64,000 nucleotides of DNA, taken from contig CAZLFP010000003.1 of NCBI GenBank assembly GCA_964558935.1, positions 39,684-103,683 on the forward strand. Reading direction: 5' to 3'. This document shows, piece by piece, positions 1 through 9,371 of this stretch. Source of the stretch: an uncultured Gammaproteobacteria bacterium. Lineage in GTDB: Bacteria; Patescibacteriota; Patescibacteriia; 2-01-FULL-39-33. Every line of letters starts with the position of its first letter. Positions within the stretch are counted from its first letter, which is position 1. The notes under the pieces are model-generated. The model saw only the letters and a list, made by a program, of their open reading frames with translations. It made no database searches and was not told the DNA's origin. The position numbers were made by a program, and so were the translations under genes.

Positions 1-2
1 CC

Positions 3-632
3 TTAGGTAGAATAGATATTGAAGGGTTGACTCAGCAAACTGTGATTCGAGGCTCACAAGGCTACAATAAATATGGGCATAAACTTATAGTTCAAGGTGA
101 TATTACAAATATGGATTTAGACAACACTGTAGTTGTGATCAATAATGATTTGACAATCGGTAGTGATGTGACTTTTAATAACGGAGACACCAATGGCAGT
201 GGCCTGATCGTTGTCAGGGGAGATCTCAAAATTAACAAGAATATAATGTATGAGAATGCACCTCCGGCTAGCTTGAAGCAATTAGCTTCAGTTGCCTGGG
301 TTGTGGAGGGAGATATTATTGTCGGACCCGAGGTAGAACAGATTGCCGGCGCTTTCATTGCGGTTGGCAAAGATGATACTGCATGTACCTATTCTGGACC
401 TGATAATGACATAGTTAATATCAACAAATGCGGAGTTTTCCGGAGCCAGACCAGTAATAAATTTTTGGATGTATACGGCTTAATTGCAGCTGCCGGCTAC
501 AAATTTGAACGAACTCGAGCAGCTGTGGATCGAGGTTCTGAACTGATCATTTACGACGGTCGTTTAATTGCCAATCCACCTCCCGGCATGTCTGGATTTG
601 CTGAAGGTTTACCGGTAGTGAGAGAATTTTAG
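3..632 (+). CDS. C-terminal part of a large pilus-associated protein with beta-helix-like repeats (5'-truncated by the window edge)
   Basis: The frame is open from position 3. It has repeated V-x-G-D-(I/L)-x-I motifs, ends in YDGRL..PPPG, and lies directly upstream of pilM. Confidence 0.6.
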   Translation, partial: LGRIDIEGLTQQTVIRGSQGYNKYGHKLIVQGDITNMDLDNTVVVINNDLTIGSDVTFNNGDTNGSGLIVVRGDLKINKNIMYENAPPASLKQLASVAWVVEGDIIVGPEVEQIAGAFIAVGKDDTACTYSGPDNDIVNINKCGVFRSQTSNKFLDVYGLIAAAGYKFERTRAAVDRGSELIIYDGRLIANPPPGMSGFAEGLPVVREF

Positions 633-665
633 GCTGTTTGGTTTGTAGATTTAAATATTATTTCA

Positions 666-1763
666 ATGGGACTTTTTTCTAAAAAAACAAGTTATTTGGG
701 GATAGATATTGGTTCTTCTTCAGTTAAGGTAGTGGAGTTGGAGAATTTCAACGGACGGCCCAAATTGGCCACCTATGGCTTTACCGAGAAGAGCTTGTCG
801 GACTGGAACGGCGACAGTTCTTTGGGCAATCCTGAAGATATGGCAGCTGTGGTTAAGGAAGTGTGTCAGAAAGCCAAAACCAATTCCACCAAAGTCATAG
901 CGGCCTTGTCTAATTTTACGGTTTTTACCAGCATTATTTCCCTGCCGGAAATGTCCAAAAAGGAACTGGCTTCAGCCATTTCCTGGGAGGCCAAGAAAGT
1001 TATACCCGTCCCTTTGGAAGATATTATTTTAGACTGGAAAATCATTGAAGACAGCCAGCCGGAAGCAGTTACGACCGAGGCAGATAATAACCAGGTGGCC
1101 AATAAGATCAAATCCAAACCCAAAAAGAATTTAAAGATCTTGTTGACCGGAGCCAGTAAGAGTTTGGTTAAGAAATATATGGATATCTTTGCCCAGGCCA
1201 ATCTGTCTTTACTGAGTTTGGAAACAGAGAATTTTGCTTTAATCAGATCTTTAATCGGGAATGACAAGTCAGTCATGGCTTTAATAGATTTGGGGGCTTC
1301 GACTTCCAGTATTGCCATTGTAGACAAGGGAGTGCCGGTCTTAAGCCGGTCTTTGGATCTGGGTGGCCTGATGCTGACCAGGAATATTAGCAACAGTTTA
1401 AATGTCAATTTGGAGCGGGCTGAACAGTTTAAGCAGGATTTGGCCCTGGAATCGGATTCAGCCGCTGATGCTATGCCGCAATTGGTGGAAAAGTCCATGT
1501 CTTCCATTGTCAACGAGATTAAATACACCATTGGTTCCTTTCAAGAACAACAAGGCAAAAAAGTGGAAAAAATCATTTTAACCGGCGGCGGTTCTTTGTT
1601 GGGTAATTTAACCGGTTACATGTCGCGGGTTTTAAATGTCAACACCTATGTGGGAGATCCTTGGGCCAGAGTCATCTATCCGACCGAGTTAAAGCCGGTT
1701 TTGGATCGGTTGGGAGCGAGATTTGCGGTTGCCATCGGACTGGCCATGCGAAATATTGAATAA
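666..1763 (+). CDS. pilM: Type IV pilus assembly protein PilM (actin/FtsA-like)
   Basis: Motifs LGIDIGSSSVKVVEL, IDLGASTS, ILTGGGSLL and AVAIGLAMR. Confidence 0.95.
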   Translation: MGLFSKKTSYLGIDIGSSSVKVVELENFNGRPKLATYGFTEKSLSDWNGDSSLGNPEDMAAVVKEVCQKAKTNSTKVIAALSNFTVFTSIISLPEMSKKELASAISWEAKKVIPVPLEDIILDWKIIEDSQPEAVTTEADNNQVANKIKSKPKKNLKILLTGASKSLVKKYMDIFAQANLSLLSLETENFALIRSLIGNDKSVMALIDLGASTSSIAIVDKGVPVLSRSLDLGGLMLTRNISNSLNVNLERAEQFKQDLALESDSAADAMPQLVEKSMSSIVNEIKYTIGSFQEQQGKKVEKIILTGGGSLLGNLTGYMSRVLNVNTYVGDPWARVIYPTELKPVLDRLGARFAVAIGLAMRNIE

Positions 1764-1774
1764 CTTTCGGGATT

Positions 1775-3394
1775 ATGCCAAATATTAACCTATTACCTGA
1801 CGATCTGCGCCAAGCCGAAGAAAAAGAATTGCGTAAGTTGGCTAAACAGCCGAAAATAGAAACCATTGAATTGTCTCAAGTACACAAGCAAGATCGGATT
1901 AAAGAGAGAACAGATAAGCCCAAGCAATCTTGGTGGAAAAAAGTCTTTGGTGAAGCACCGGCTAAGCCCAAGGTGGAATCAGCAGCGCCGGCAACACCTG
2001 CAGTGGCTCAAAGTATGAGCAGTGACCTATTATCTCAGGCCAAGAAGCAAAAGATCAGTTGGAGCAAACCAGTTACAAAGGCCAAGGCAAAGGTTAAGCA
2101 ACCGGTACTGGGCAAGCCTGCTCAGATTATCAAGCCGGTGGAACTCAAAGAGATGGCCAAACCTCAGCCTAAATTGAAAGAGGTTAGACCTCTGGCACCT
2201 CGACCCGTTAAGGTAGTGGAGAAATTGCTGTCTCAAGACAAGCCCAAAAAATGGCCTCAGACACAGCCGGTAGTCAAAACAAAGCCTAAAAAACTGCCTC
2301 AGCCGGTTAAACTGCCTCAGCCAGTGAAGCCGTTGCCACCCAAGGTTAAACCCGTTGCAATACACAAAGCCGGACAGGTCAGTTGGTGGCAAAAGCTGAA
2401 AGATTACTTTGCACCCCGAGCTGACAAGAGTAAAGAGCTGGACTTAAAGGCGGCGAAACTACCCACTTATGCACCAGTCAAGGAGCTACCCAAATTGGAA
2501 CAGTTGCCGGATACTCCACCTCCGGTGGTCGAGCTCAAATTAAAGCCCAAACCCCAGCCTAAACCGGCTCCGGCACCCAAACCGCCCAAACCGGTTAAAC
2601 TCAAACCAGTTAAACAACCTAAAATAAAACCAATTAAACAACCTAGAGTCAAGCGGGATAATTGGTGGAAATATCTTAAACAATGGCTTATGCAACCAAC
2701 TAAGCAAACACAACCTAAACCAGCGACGCCGCCTGCAGCGCCACGGCCGTCCCAACCGACAGCTCCTCAGGGTAAATACCACGTAGTTGAAGAAACAGCC
2801 AAACAAGGCTGGGGAGGGGTTAATCTATTGCCTAATGCAGCTGAAACTCGCAAAGTTTCTCCGACCATGAAGGGTCTGGGCTTAAGTGCGGCTGTCATTA
2901 TTCCCATTCTGCTCTTAATGGGCTGGTATTATGTAATTGGCTACCAAGAGGATATGTTAGACAAGCAAATCTTAACGGCTGAAAAGGAAATGGACAGTAT
3001 TTCTTCAGGTTTGGAAATTAAACGCCAGGTAGCGGAACAGAATGCTTTTTTGGAGAAAAAGATGCTGGCCATTAAAGGACTGTTGGATGACCATATTTAT
3101 TGGTCTGATTTCTTTAATCTGTTGGAAAAGTACACTTTGGATGAGGTGCATTATACGGATTTTACGGCAGATATTGGCGGAGAACTGTCTTTACCGGCCA
3201 TTGCTCAAGGCAACAGCATTGCCGATACCTATGCTGTGATCGCTCAACAGTTGCAAGCTCTGGAACAGGCTGATGATTTTGTTAAAACCGTGACAGTCGA
3301 GAATATTGATTTGGAAGTGGAGGAAGGCCAAGGTGTCACCGGTGCCTCCTTTGAAATCCAGTTGACATTGGTCGATGATGTGTTTGTTAAATAA
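1775..3394 (+). CDS. pilN: PilN-like protein with a long Pro/Lys-rich cytoplasmic extension
   Basis: INLLP motif at the N-terminus and VNLLP before the single TM, followed by a coiled coil and a PilN-type domain. Position between pilM and pilO. Confidence 0.75.
   Translation: MPNINLLPDDLRQAEEKELRKLAKQPKIETIELSQVHKQDRIKERTDKPKQSWWKKVFGEAPAKPKVESAAPATPAVAQSMSSDLLSQAKKQKISWSKPVTKAKAKVKQPVLGKPAQIIKPVELKEMAKPQPKLKEVRPLAPRPVKVVEKLLSQDKPKKWPQTQPVVKTKPKKLPQPVKLPQPVKPLPPKVKPVAIHKAGQVSWWQKLKDYFAPRADKSKELDLKAAKLPTYAPVKELPKLEQLPDTPPPVVELKLKPKPQPKPAPAPKPPKPVKLKPVKQPKIKPIKQPRVKRDNWWKYLKQWLMQPTKQTQPKPATPPAAPRPSQPTAPQGKYHVVEETAKQGWGGVNLLPNAAETRKVSPTMKGLGLSAAVIIPILLLMGWYYVIGYQEDMLDKQILTAEKEMDSISSGLEIKRQVAEQNAFLEKKMLAIKGLLDDHIYWSDFFNLLEKYTLDEVHYTDFTADIGGELSLPAIAQGNSIADTYAVIAQQLQALEQADDFVKTVTVENIDLEVEEGQGVTGASFEIQLTLVDDVFVK
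2291..2326 (+). repeat. Near-perfect 18-bp tandem duplication encoding KLPQPV twice inside pilN
   Basis: aaactgcctcagccggtt followed by aaactgcctcagccagtg. Confidence 0.7.
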
Positions 3395-3415
3395 TTAGAT
3401 TAATAAATTACAGAT

Positions 3416-4027
3416 ATGGCACAGGATAAGAATACTAAAAAAACTAAAAAGTCGACTAACCTGCCAGGAATTGTGGATAACTTTTTTTTGCCGGTGCTCA
3501 TACTCTTGGCGGTTGCCGTCTTTATGGGTGGGTATATGTACCTGCTCAAGCAAGCCTACACAGACCTTGTGACCGTCCAACAGAAGCGCTTGAACCAGGT
3601 GGAAAAAACCATTGAGGATTTAAAAAAGCAAGAACAAGATCTGGACAAACTGAAAACAGCCGGAATTTCCTTTGACCAGTCGGAAAAAGAGCTGTTAAAT
3701 GCGGCTTTACCAGATGAATATGATTTTGCCTCCATTGTCATTCAGTTGACCTACTTGGCTGAAGAGTACGGCTTTACAGTTACCAGTTTGGAAATTGAAC
3801 CGGCTAAACCGGCTAAAAACGAAGACAACCAGATTACCTTACCTGCCGGCGTTAAGGCGGTTGACATTAGTCTGGAAGCGCAAGGCGTGGATTATCTGGG
3901 TTGGAAGCGTTTGGTGTCTGCTTTGGAAGGCAGTGCCATGATTATTGATGTTAAAGCGGTTAACATGGTAGTTGAAGAAGGCACCTATTCCTTGGAGTTA
4001 ACGTCATATTACTATCCAAAATCATAA
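3416..4027 (+). CDS. pilO: PilO-like pilus alignment protein
   Basis: N-terminal TM, coiled coil, LP motif and a C-terminal ferredoxin-like pattern; synteny with pilM and pilN. Confidence 0.75.
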   Translation: MAQDKNTKKTKKSTNLPGIVDNFFLPVLILLAVAVFMGGYMYLLKQAYTDLVTVQQKRLNQVEKTIEDLKKQEQDLDKLKTAGISFDQSEKELLNAALPDEYDFASIVIQLTYLAEEYGFTVTSLEIEPAKPAKNEDNQITLPAGVKAVDISLEAQGVDYLGWKRLVSALEGSAMIIDVKAVNMVVEEGTYSLELTSYYYPKS

Positions 4028-4036
4028 TTTAAAGCT

Positions 4037-4306
4037 ATGAAGAGTCAAAATTTAATTATTGGGTTGGTCATTTTGGTGGGTGTAGCCGGCTATCTAGCTT
4101 GGGATATTTACCAGATTCATCAGTCCATTAAATATGCCAGTTCTTTAGCTCCCGGTTTAAGGTTTTCCCAATCGGTTGGCAATGACAAAGTCAAGGCTGA
4201 AGTTATTGCCATGTTGGCAGATATGAAAGTGCATCGGTATGGAGAGTGGCCATTGGGACCGGTGGTTTTAAGCAGTGAGCGGGGCAATCCTTTTGCCGCT
4301 AAATAA
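4037..4306 (+). CDS. Small membrane-anchored protein, possibly a PilP-like remnant
   Basis: N-terminal TM and C-terminal RGNPF, resembling the PilP RDPF motif; follows pilO. Confidence 0.55.
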   Translation: MKSQNLIIGLVILVGVAGYLAWDIYQIHQSIKYASSLAPGLRFSQSVGNDKVKAEVIAMLADMKVHRYGEWPLGPVVLSSERGNPFAAK

Positions 4307-4315
4307 TTTCCAGAC

Positions 4316-6043
4316 ATGACACAGACTTCCCAGCTTAAAATTAAAGATTATTTAATTGCTCAGAATTTAGTGACTGAGGAGAAATTGGCTGAATTGGTGT
4401 CTCCCGGCCAGAATATGGAAGAGACATTGGTGAAGAAAAAAAAGTTCTTTTCACATCAGGAATTCACGAATATTAAAAGTCAGGTTTTTAATCTGCCGGT
4501 GGCGGATTTGTCGGATTTGGACGTCGAATCCAGTGTCTTGAATATTTTGAGCCAAAAAGCGGCTCAGAACTACCAAGTCTTGATTTTCGAGCGTCAAGGC
4601 AACCAGATTAAGGTTGGCATGGTGGACCCCGGTAATTTCCAAGCCAAAGAAGCGATTGAGTTCTTAGCTGCCCAGCAAGGCTTGAAACCGGAGTATTATG
4701 TCATTTCCTTCCAGGATTTTGTTAAAGTGTTCCGGTCTTACAGTGGTTTCCAGGAAGAGATTGGCACGGCATTGGAGTCGGCGAAAGTTAAGTTTGAACA
4801 AAAGGTGGAAAAGCTAAAAACCGTCAGTGATGCCGATTTACAGTCAGTGGTTAAAAGTGCGCCCGTAGCTAAGATCGTGTCTGTTATTATCCAGCATGCA
4901 GTGGAGGGTCGAGCTTCAGATATCCACATTGAACCCTCGCGCAATGCCGGTCGGGTTAGATACCGGGTGGACGGGGTATTGCATACTTCTTTGGAAGTGC
5001 CAGGTTACTTGTATTCTTCCATCGTGTCTCGCATCAAAGTTTTGGCCAGTATGAAGCTGGATGAAACGCGTATTCCACAGGATGGCAGAATTAGAGTGAG
5101 CGTGGATGAGAGGGAAATTGATTTAAGAGTTTCTGTTTTACCAACTCTTGATCTGGAAAAGGTGGTTATGCGGGTGTTGGATACTTCAGCCGGAGTGCCG
5201 ACTTTGAAAGAATTAGGTTTTAGCGACCAGCAGATAGAGGTTATTGACCGGAATATGAAAAAGCCGTATGGCTTATTCTTAATGACCGGTCCGACCGGTT
5301 CCGGTAAAACCACCACTTTGTATTCGATCTTGAATAACCTGAATTCCGAGACGTTTAATATTACCACTCTGGAAGATCCGATAGAATACTATGTTCAAGG
5401 CGTTAACCAGTCTCAGATCAACCATACGGTTGGCTACACCTTTGCTTCCGGTTTGAGAGCGATTTTAAGGCAAGATCCGAATATTATCATGGTGGGTGAG
5501 ATTAGAGATAATGAAACGGCTGAGCTGGCCATTCATGCCGGTTTGACCGGTCACTTGGTTTTTTCCACTTTACACACCAACAGCGCTTGGGGAGCCGTGC
5601 CTCGGTTAATAGATATGAAGTGCGAACCATTCTTGTTGGCTTCCACCTTGAATTTGGTTATGGCTCAAAGATTGGTTAGAACCATTTGTCCGGACTGCAA
5701 GGTAGAGGACCGGGTTTCTGACAAGATCAGACAAAGATTGGACAATGAACTAGCAGCTATGCCACCGGAGATATTGGCCAAATTTAACGGTCAGCATACT
5801 TTTTACAAAGGCAAGGGTTGTCAGTCTTGTGCCAATTCCGGCTATCTGGGCAGAACGGTGGTGGCAGAGATCTTGGAGATTAACCGAGATTTGAAAGATT
5901 TGATTGCGGAAGGCAGTACGTCCAAGAAGCTGGATGAGATTCAAAAGGAGCAGAAATTCCTGACTCTGGTTCAAGATGGGGTCTTAAAAGCTTTGGAAGG
6001 CAAGACGACCGTCGAAGAAGTGGTTCGTGTATCTCAGCTATAA
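4316..6043 (+). CDS. pilB: Type IV pilus assembly ATPase PilB (GspE/PulE family)
   Basis: ASDIHIEP, GPTGSGKTTT, TLEDPIEY, RQDPNIIMVGEIRD, HLVFSTLHTN and a tetracysteine Zn motif. Confidence 0.95.
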   Translation: MTQTSQLKIKDYLIAQNLVTEEKLAELVSPGQNMEETLVKKKKFFSHQEFTNIKSQVFNLPVADLSDLDVESSVLNILSQKAAQNYQVLIFERQGNQIKVGMVDPGNFQAKEAIEFLAAQQGLKPEYYVISFQDFVKVFRSYSGFQEEIGTALESAKVKFEQKVEKLKTVSDADLQSVVKSAPVAKIVSVIIQHAVEGRASDIHIEPSRNAGRVRYRVDGVLHTSLEVPGYLYSSIVSRIKVLASMKLDETRIPQDGRIRVSVDEREIDLRVSVLPTLDLEKVVMRVLDTSAGVPTLKELGFSDQQIEVIDRNMKKPYGLFLMTGPTGSGKTTTLYSILNNLNSETFNITTLEDPIEYYVQGVNQSQINHTVGYTFASGLRAILRQDPNIIMVGEIRDNETAELAIHAGLTGHLVFSTLHTNSAWGAVPRLIDMKCEPFLLASTLNLVMAQRLVRTICPDCKVEDRVSDKIRQRLDNELAAMPPEILAKFNGQHTFYKGKGCQSCANSGYLGRTVVAEILEINRDLKDLIAEGSTSKKLDEIQKEQKFLTLVQDGVLKALEGKTTVEEVVRVSQL

Positions 6044-6062
6044 TTAAATAATTTAGATATTT

Positions 6063-6449
6063 ATGCCGAAAAAAGACAAAATCGCGATCCTGATCATTGA
6101 AGATGATGTTTTTTTAGCTGATTTGTATCGCGCTAAGTTTGAAATGGAGGGATTTGATGTCTTCTTGGCCCATGATGGTGAAAAGGGGCTGGAAGCGACT
6201 AAGAAAAAAATGCCGGATGCCATTTTATTGGATCTGGTTTTACCGAAGATTGACGGCTTCAGTGTTTTGGATGAACTGAAGAAAAATGCTAAATTAAAAT
6301 CCATTCCGGTTATTTTGCTGACCAATTTGAGTCAAAAGGCGGATGTGGATAAGGGTATTGCCAAGGGAGCAGATGATTATTTAATTAAAGCTCATTTCAT
6401 GCCATCTGAGGTGGTAACCAAGATTATGAAGCTGGTTAAAAAGAGTTAG
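6063..6449 (+). CDS. Single-domain response regulator (receiver only)
   Basis: IIEDD, LLDLVLP (phosphoacceptor Asp), LLTNL and YLIK; no output domain. Confidence 0.92.
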   Translation: MPKKDKIAILIIEDDVFLADLYRAKFEMEGFDVFLAHDGEKGLEATKKKMPDAILLDLVLPKIDGFSVLDELKKNAKLKSIPVILLTNLSQKADVDKGIAKGADDYLIKAHFMPSEVVTKIMKLVKKS

Positions 6450-6450
6450 T

Positions 6451-7521
6451 ATGGACACTGCTCAAGCTTTGTCAATTCGTAAGATTTTGACCCAGGCGAT
6501 TGCCCGGGGCGCGGCTGATCTCCACTTTTCAGTCGGTAATCGTCCGACTTTAAGGATTAACGGAGATCTGGCCGGTATGGAAGACCAGGATATTATTGAC
6601 ATGGCTTTTATGGAACAGCTGGTGTCTTGGCTGTTGACCCCGGAACAGAGCAAGCTGTTAAAGCAGAATAGGGAGATTATCATAACGCATGATTTTGACA
6701 AACAGCTCAGGTTTAAAATTAATATTTTTTACCAACGGAATTTTTTGTCAGCCACTTTAAGGCATATTCCCTGGCAAGTACCGGTTTTAGATTCACTGAA
6801 TTTAAATCCTAAAGTCAAGGCACTGACCAATTTACAGAAAGGCTTGGTTATTGTAGCAGGTTCCTTCGGTTCCGGTCGGTCAACCACGGTGGCTGCCATG
6901 CTGGAAGAGATTAATTTAAGCCGTAAAGAGTATATTATTACCATTGAAGACCCGATTGAGTATTTGTATATCAACAAGCAGAGTATTATTGAACAAAGAC
7001 AGGTGGGCAGAGATGTTAGAACTATGGCTGATGCCATTAAGTACTTTGAAGAAGAGGATGGAGACATTTTGTATCTGGAAGGCATGGAAGATCCCAAGAT
7101 CATACCTCAGGTGTTGGAAATTGCCAGAGCTGGCGCTTTGGTTATAACCCATGTCACGGCTGCGACGGCAGCGGAAACCATATCGCGGATTATAGACAGT
7201 TTCACCAGTTTGGATCAGGAGAGGATCCGCGATTTACTGGCTTCAGCGCTCCAGGCGGTGGTGTGCCAGAAAGTCATACCCCAAATGGGCGGAGGAGTGA
7301 TGGTGATCCAGGAAATATTAATGGTGAATGACACTGTTAAGTCCATTATATTGGACGGTCGAACCAACCAGTTGGCCAGTGTCATTATGAATTCAGCTGA
7401 AGACGGCATGGTTTCATTTGACCAGATCTTAGCCAAATTAGTGGCAGAGCGGCGCATTTCTCTGGTTGATGCTTTGGACAATGCCACCGATCGCAAAAGA
7501 TTAGAAAAAATGATTAGATAA
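6451..7521 (+). CDS. pilT: PilT/PilU-family ATPase with degenerate catalytic motifs
   Basis: ADLHFSVG..P..RING, ITIEDPIEY, IEQRQVG and GMVSFDQ are present. Walker A is GSFGSGRST, and Walker B and the His box are altered. Confidence 0.85.
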   Translation: MDTAQALSIRKILTQAIARGAADLHFSVGNRPTLRINGDLAGMEDQDIIDMAFMEQLVSWLLTPEQSKLLKQNREIIITHDFDKQLRFKINIFYQRNFLSATLRHIPWQVPVLDSLNLNPKVKALTNLQKGLVIVAGSFGSGRSTTVAAMLEEINLSRKEYIITIEDPIEYLYINKQSIIEQRQVGRDVRTMADAIKYFEEEDGDILYLEGMEDPKIIPQVLEIARAGALVITHVTAATAAETISRIIDSFTSLDQERIRDLLASALQAVVCQKVIPQMGGGVMVIQEILMVNDTVKSIILDGRTNQLASVIMNSAEDGMVSFDQILAKLVAERRISLVDALDNATDRKRLEKMIR

Positions 7522-7539
7522 GAAATAAGCTAAAAAAAT

Positions 7540-8748
7540 ATGCCGGTATTTGAATATAAGGCGAAAAATCAAGCGGGGGAAGTGCAAGAGGGCTTAGTGG
7601 AGGCTGCCAGTGAAGAAGCGGTGGCTGTTTTGTTGGGGGATAAGAATCTGTCTGTCGTATCCATTACAGCCAAGGAAGAGGCGGGTTTAGGTGGCATCAG
7701 TCTGACGTTAACCAAGGTTAAGACCAAGGATTTGGTGGTGTTCTTTCGTCAATTATCTGTCATGGTGGAAGCTAATCTGCCGATTGTCAAAGCCATGCGG
7801 ATTTTGACTCGTCAAACAGACAACCGGTATTTAAAAGCTGTAATAGCCAGTATTGCGGATGAAGTCGAAGGTGGTGCCAAACTGTCTCAGGCCATGTCCA
7901 CATATCCGGAAGTGTTTTCCAATTTTTACACCAATGTGGTGGCCTCCGGTGAAACTTCCGGTCGTTTAAGTGATGTTATGAATTATTTGGCTGATCAGGC
8001 TGAAAAGGATTATGATTTAAAATCCAAACTGCAGGGTGAAATGATTTATCCGGCTTTTATTTTTGGCATGTTGGGCATTGTTGGTTTTGTGATCATGACT
8101 TGGGTAATACCTCAAATTACGGAAATGGTGACTCAATCCGGAGCTGAACTCCCGATTGCCACTCAGATTCTAATTGCCGTATCCAAGTTTTTTGGCAGTT
8201 ATTGGTGGGCAGTGTTGTTGGGTTTGGTTGGTTTGGGTGGAGGTCTGTTTTACTTCGTTAAAAAAACCGAAGGTGGCAAACAAATGTTTGACCAGCTGAT
8301 TGTCAACATTCCCATTTTTGGTTCTGTTTTCAGAATTATTTACATTGTTAGGATTACCCAGTCTTTCCATACGCTGTTGGTCGGTGGTGTACCTGTCTCT
8401 CAAGCCTTGGAAACGGTTAAGGAGGTTGTGGATAACGTGGTCTACAAAGCAGTCATTGAACAAGCCATTCAAGATGTGGATGAGGGTACTTCTTTAGCTG
8501 AAAGTTTAATTGTCAGCAAATACATTCCCAACATGGTGGCTCAAATGATCAGTATTGGAGAAGAAACAGGTAAATTAGACCAAATTTTAGGTAGAATTTC
8601 TGATTTTTATACCCGAGAGATTAATAATTCACTTAAGAATTTAACCTCTTTGATCACACCAATCATTATGGTGATCTTAGCGGTTGCGATCGGTGGTTTT
8701 GTGGCAGCTGTGATTATGCCGATGTGGCAGTTATCTGCTGCTTTCTAG
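7540..8748 (+). CDS. pilC: Type IV pilus platform protein PilC (GspF family)
   Basis: FRQLSVMVEANLP, GETSGRL, MIYP and GEETGKLD; two T2SSF repeats. Confidence 0.95.
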   Translation: MPVFEYKAKNQAGEVQEGLVEAASEEAVAVLLGDKNLSVVSITAKEEAGLGGISLTLTKVKTKDLVVFFRQLSVMVEANLPIVKAMRILTRQTDNRYLKAVIASIADEVEGGAKLSQAMSTYPEVFSNFYTNVVASGETSGRLSDVMNYLADQAEKDYDLKSKLQGEMIYPAFIFGMLGIVGFVIMTWVIPQITEMVTQSGAELPIATQILIAVSKFFGSYWWAVLLGLVGLGGGLFYFVKKTEGGKQMFDQLIVNIPIFGSVFRIIYIVRITQSFHTLLVGGVPVSQALETVKEVVDNVVYKAVIEQAIQDVDEGTSLAESLIVSKYIPNMVAQMISIGEETGKLDQILGRISDFYTREINNSLKNLTSLITPIIMVILAVAIGGFVAAVIMPMWQLSAAF

Positions 8749-8765
8749 GTTTTTAGGTGAAAATT

Positions 8766-8774
8766 TGGTATAAT
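8766..8774 (+). promoter_or_regulatory. Extended -10 promoter upstream of the major pilin
   Basis: TGgTATAAT in the pilC-pilin intergenic region. Confidence 0.55.
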
Positions 8775-8891
8775 TAAATTATCTAATTACTAGTTGTTGA
8801 TAAGTAATTAACAAAGGTCGAGATGTACTTTAAACAATTTTCCTCCACTCGAGTGGGAAAAAATTTATACTAATTAATAATTCATAATAAT

Positions 8892-9314
8892 ATGAAGCAA
8901 AAAGGTTTTACTTTAATTGAGTTGTTGGTGGTTATTGCCATTATTGGTCTGTTGTCTTCTTTGGCGGTTGTCTCTTTAGGCGGTGCCAGAAATAAGGCCT
9001 ATGATGCCCAGATTAAGAGTGATTTGGGACAGGTTAGGACTTTAGCTGAGGTTCATTATGTCGGAGCAGGTTCATATGCTGGTTTTTCTAACATCCAAGG
9101 CTTAACTCCTCCGGCTTGCTCAACAGGCGGTGATTATACACCATCTATCAGTAGTAACGGTGTTGAATATAGATCACATGCTCCGTTATGTGGTGAATCT
9201 GGTAAATATTTTTGTGTAGACTCTTCAGGTAATGCTTGTCAAACAGATGGGGCATCTGCAGATGAAGATTTAGAAGATGAAGACACATCTACCGCTCCTT
9301 GTGTCTGTGAATAG
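8892..9314 (+). CDS. Type IV pilin, probable major pilin of locus 1
   Basis: MKQKG|FTLIELLVVIAIIG class III signal, Cys-containing C-terminus, and its own promoter and terminator. Confidence 0.92.
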   Translation: MKQKGFTLIELLVVIAIIGLLSSLAVVSLGGARNKAYDAQIKSDLGQVRTLAEVHYVGAGSYAGFSNIQGLTPPACSTGGDYTPSISSNGVEYRSHAPLCGESGKYFCVDSSGNACQTDGASADEDLEDEDTSTAPCVCE

Positions 9315-9325
9315 TTTTTTTCATC

Positions 9326-9353
9326 AAATCCCCCTTAATCGGGGGATTTTTTT
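9326..9353 (+). terminator. Rho-independent terminator after the pilin
   Basis: aaatccccc-ttaatc-gggggattt followed by a T run. Confidence 0.85.
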
Positions 9354-9371
9354 ATGCTATAATATCTGTAT

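Noticed and set aside
866-1531. Long antisense ORFs, here and at 15970-16536 and 30065-30574
   Set aside because: They are shadows of well-supported genes on the opposite strand and show no recognisable motifs.
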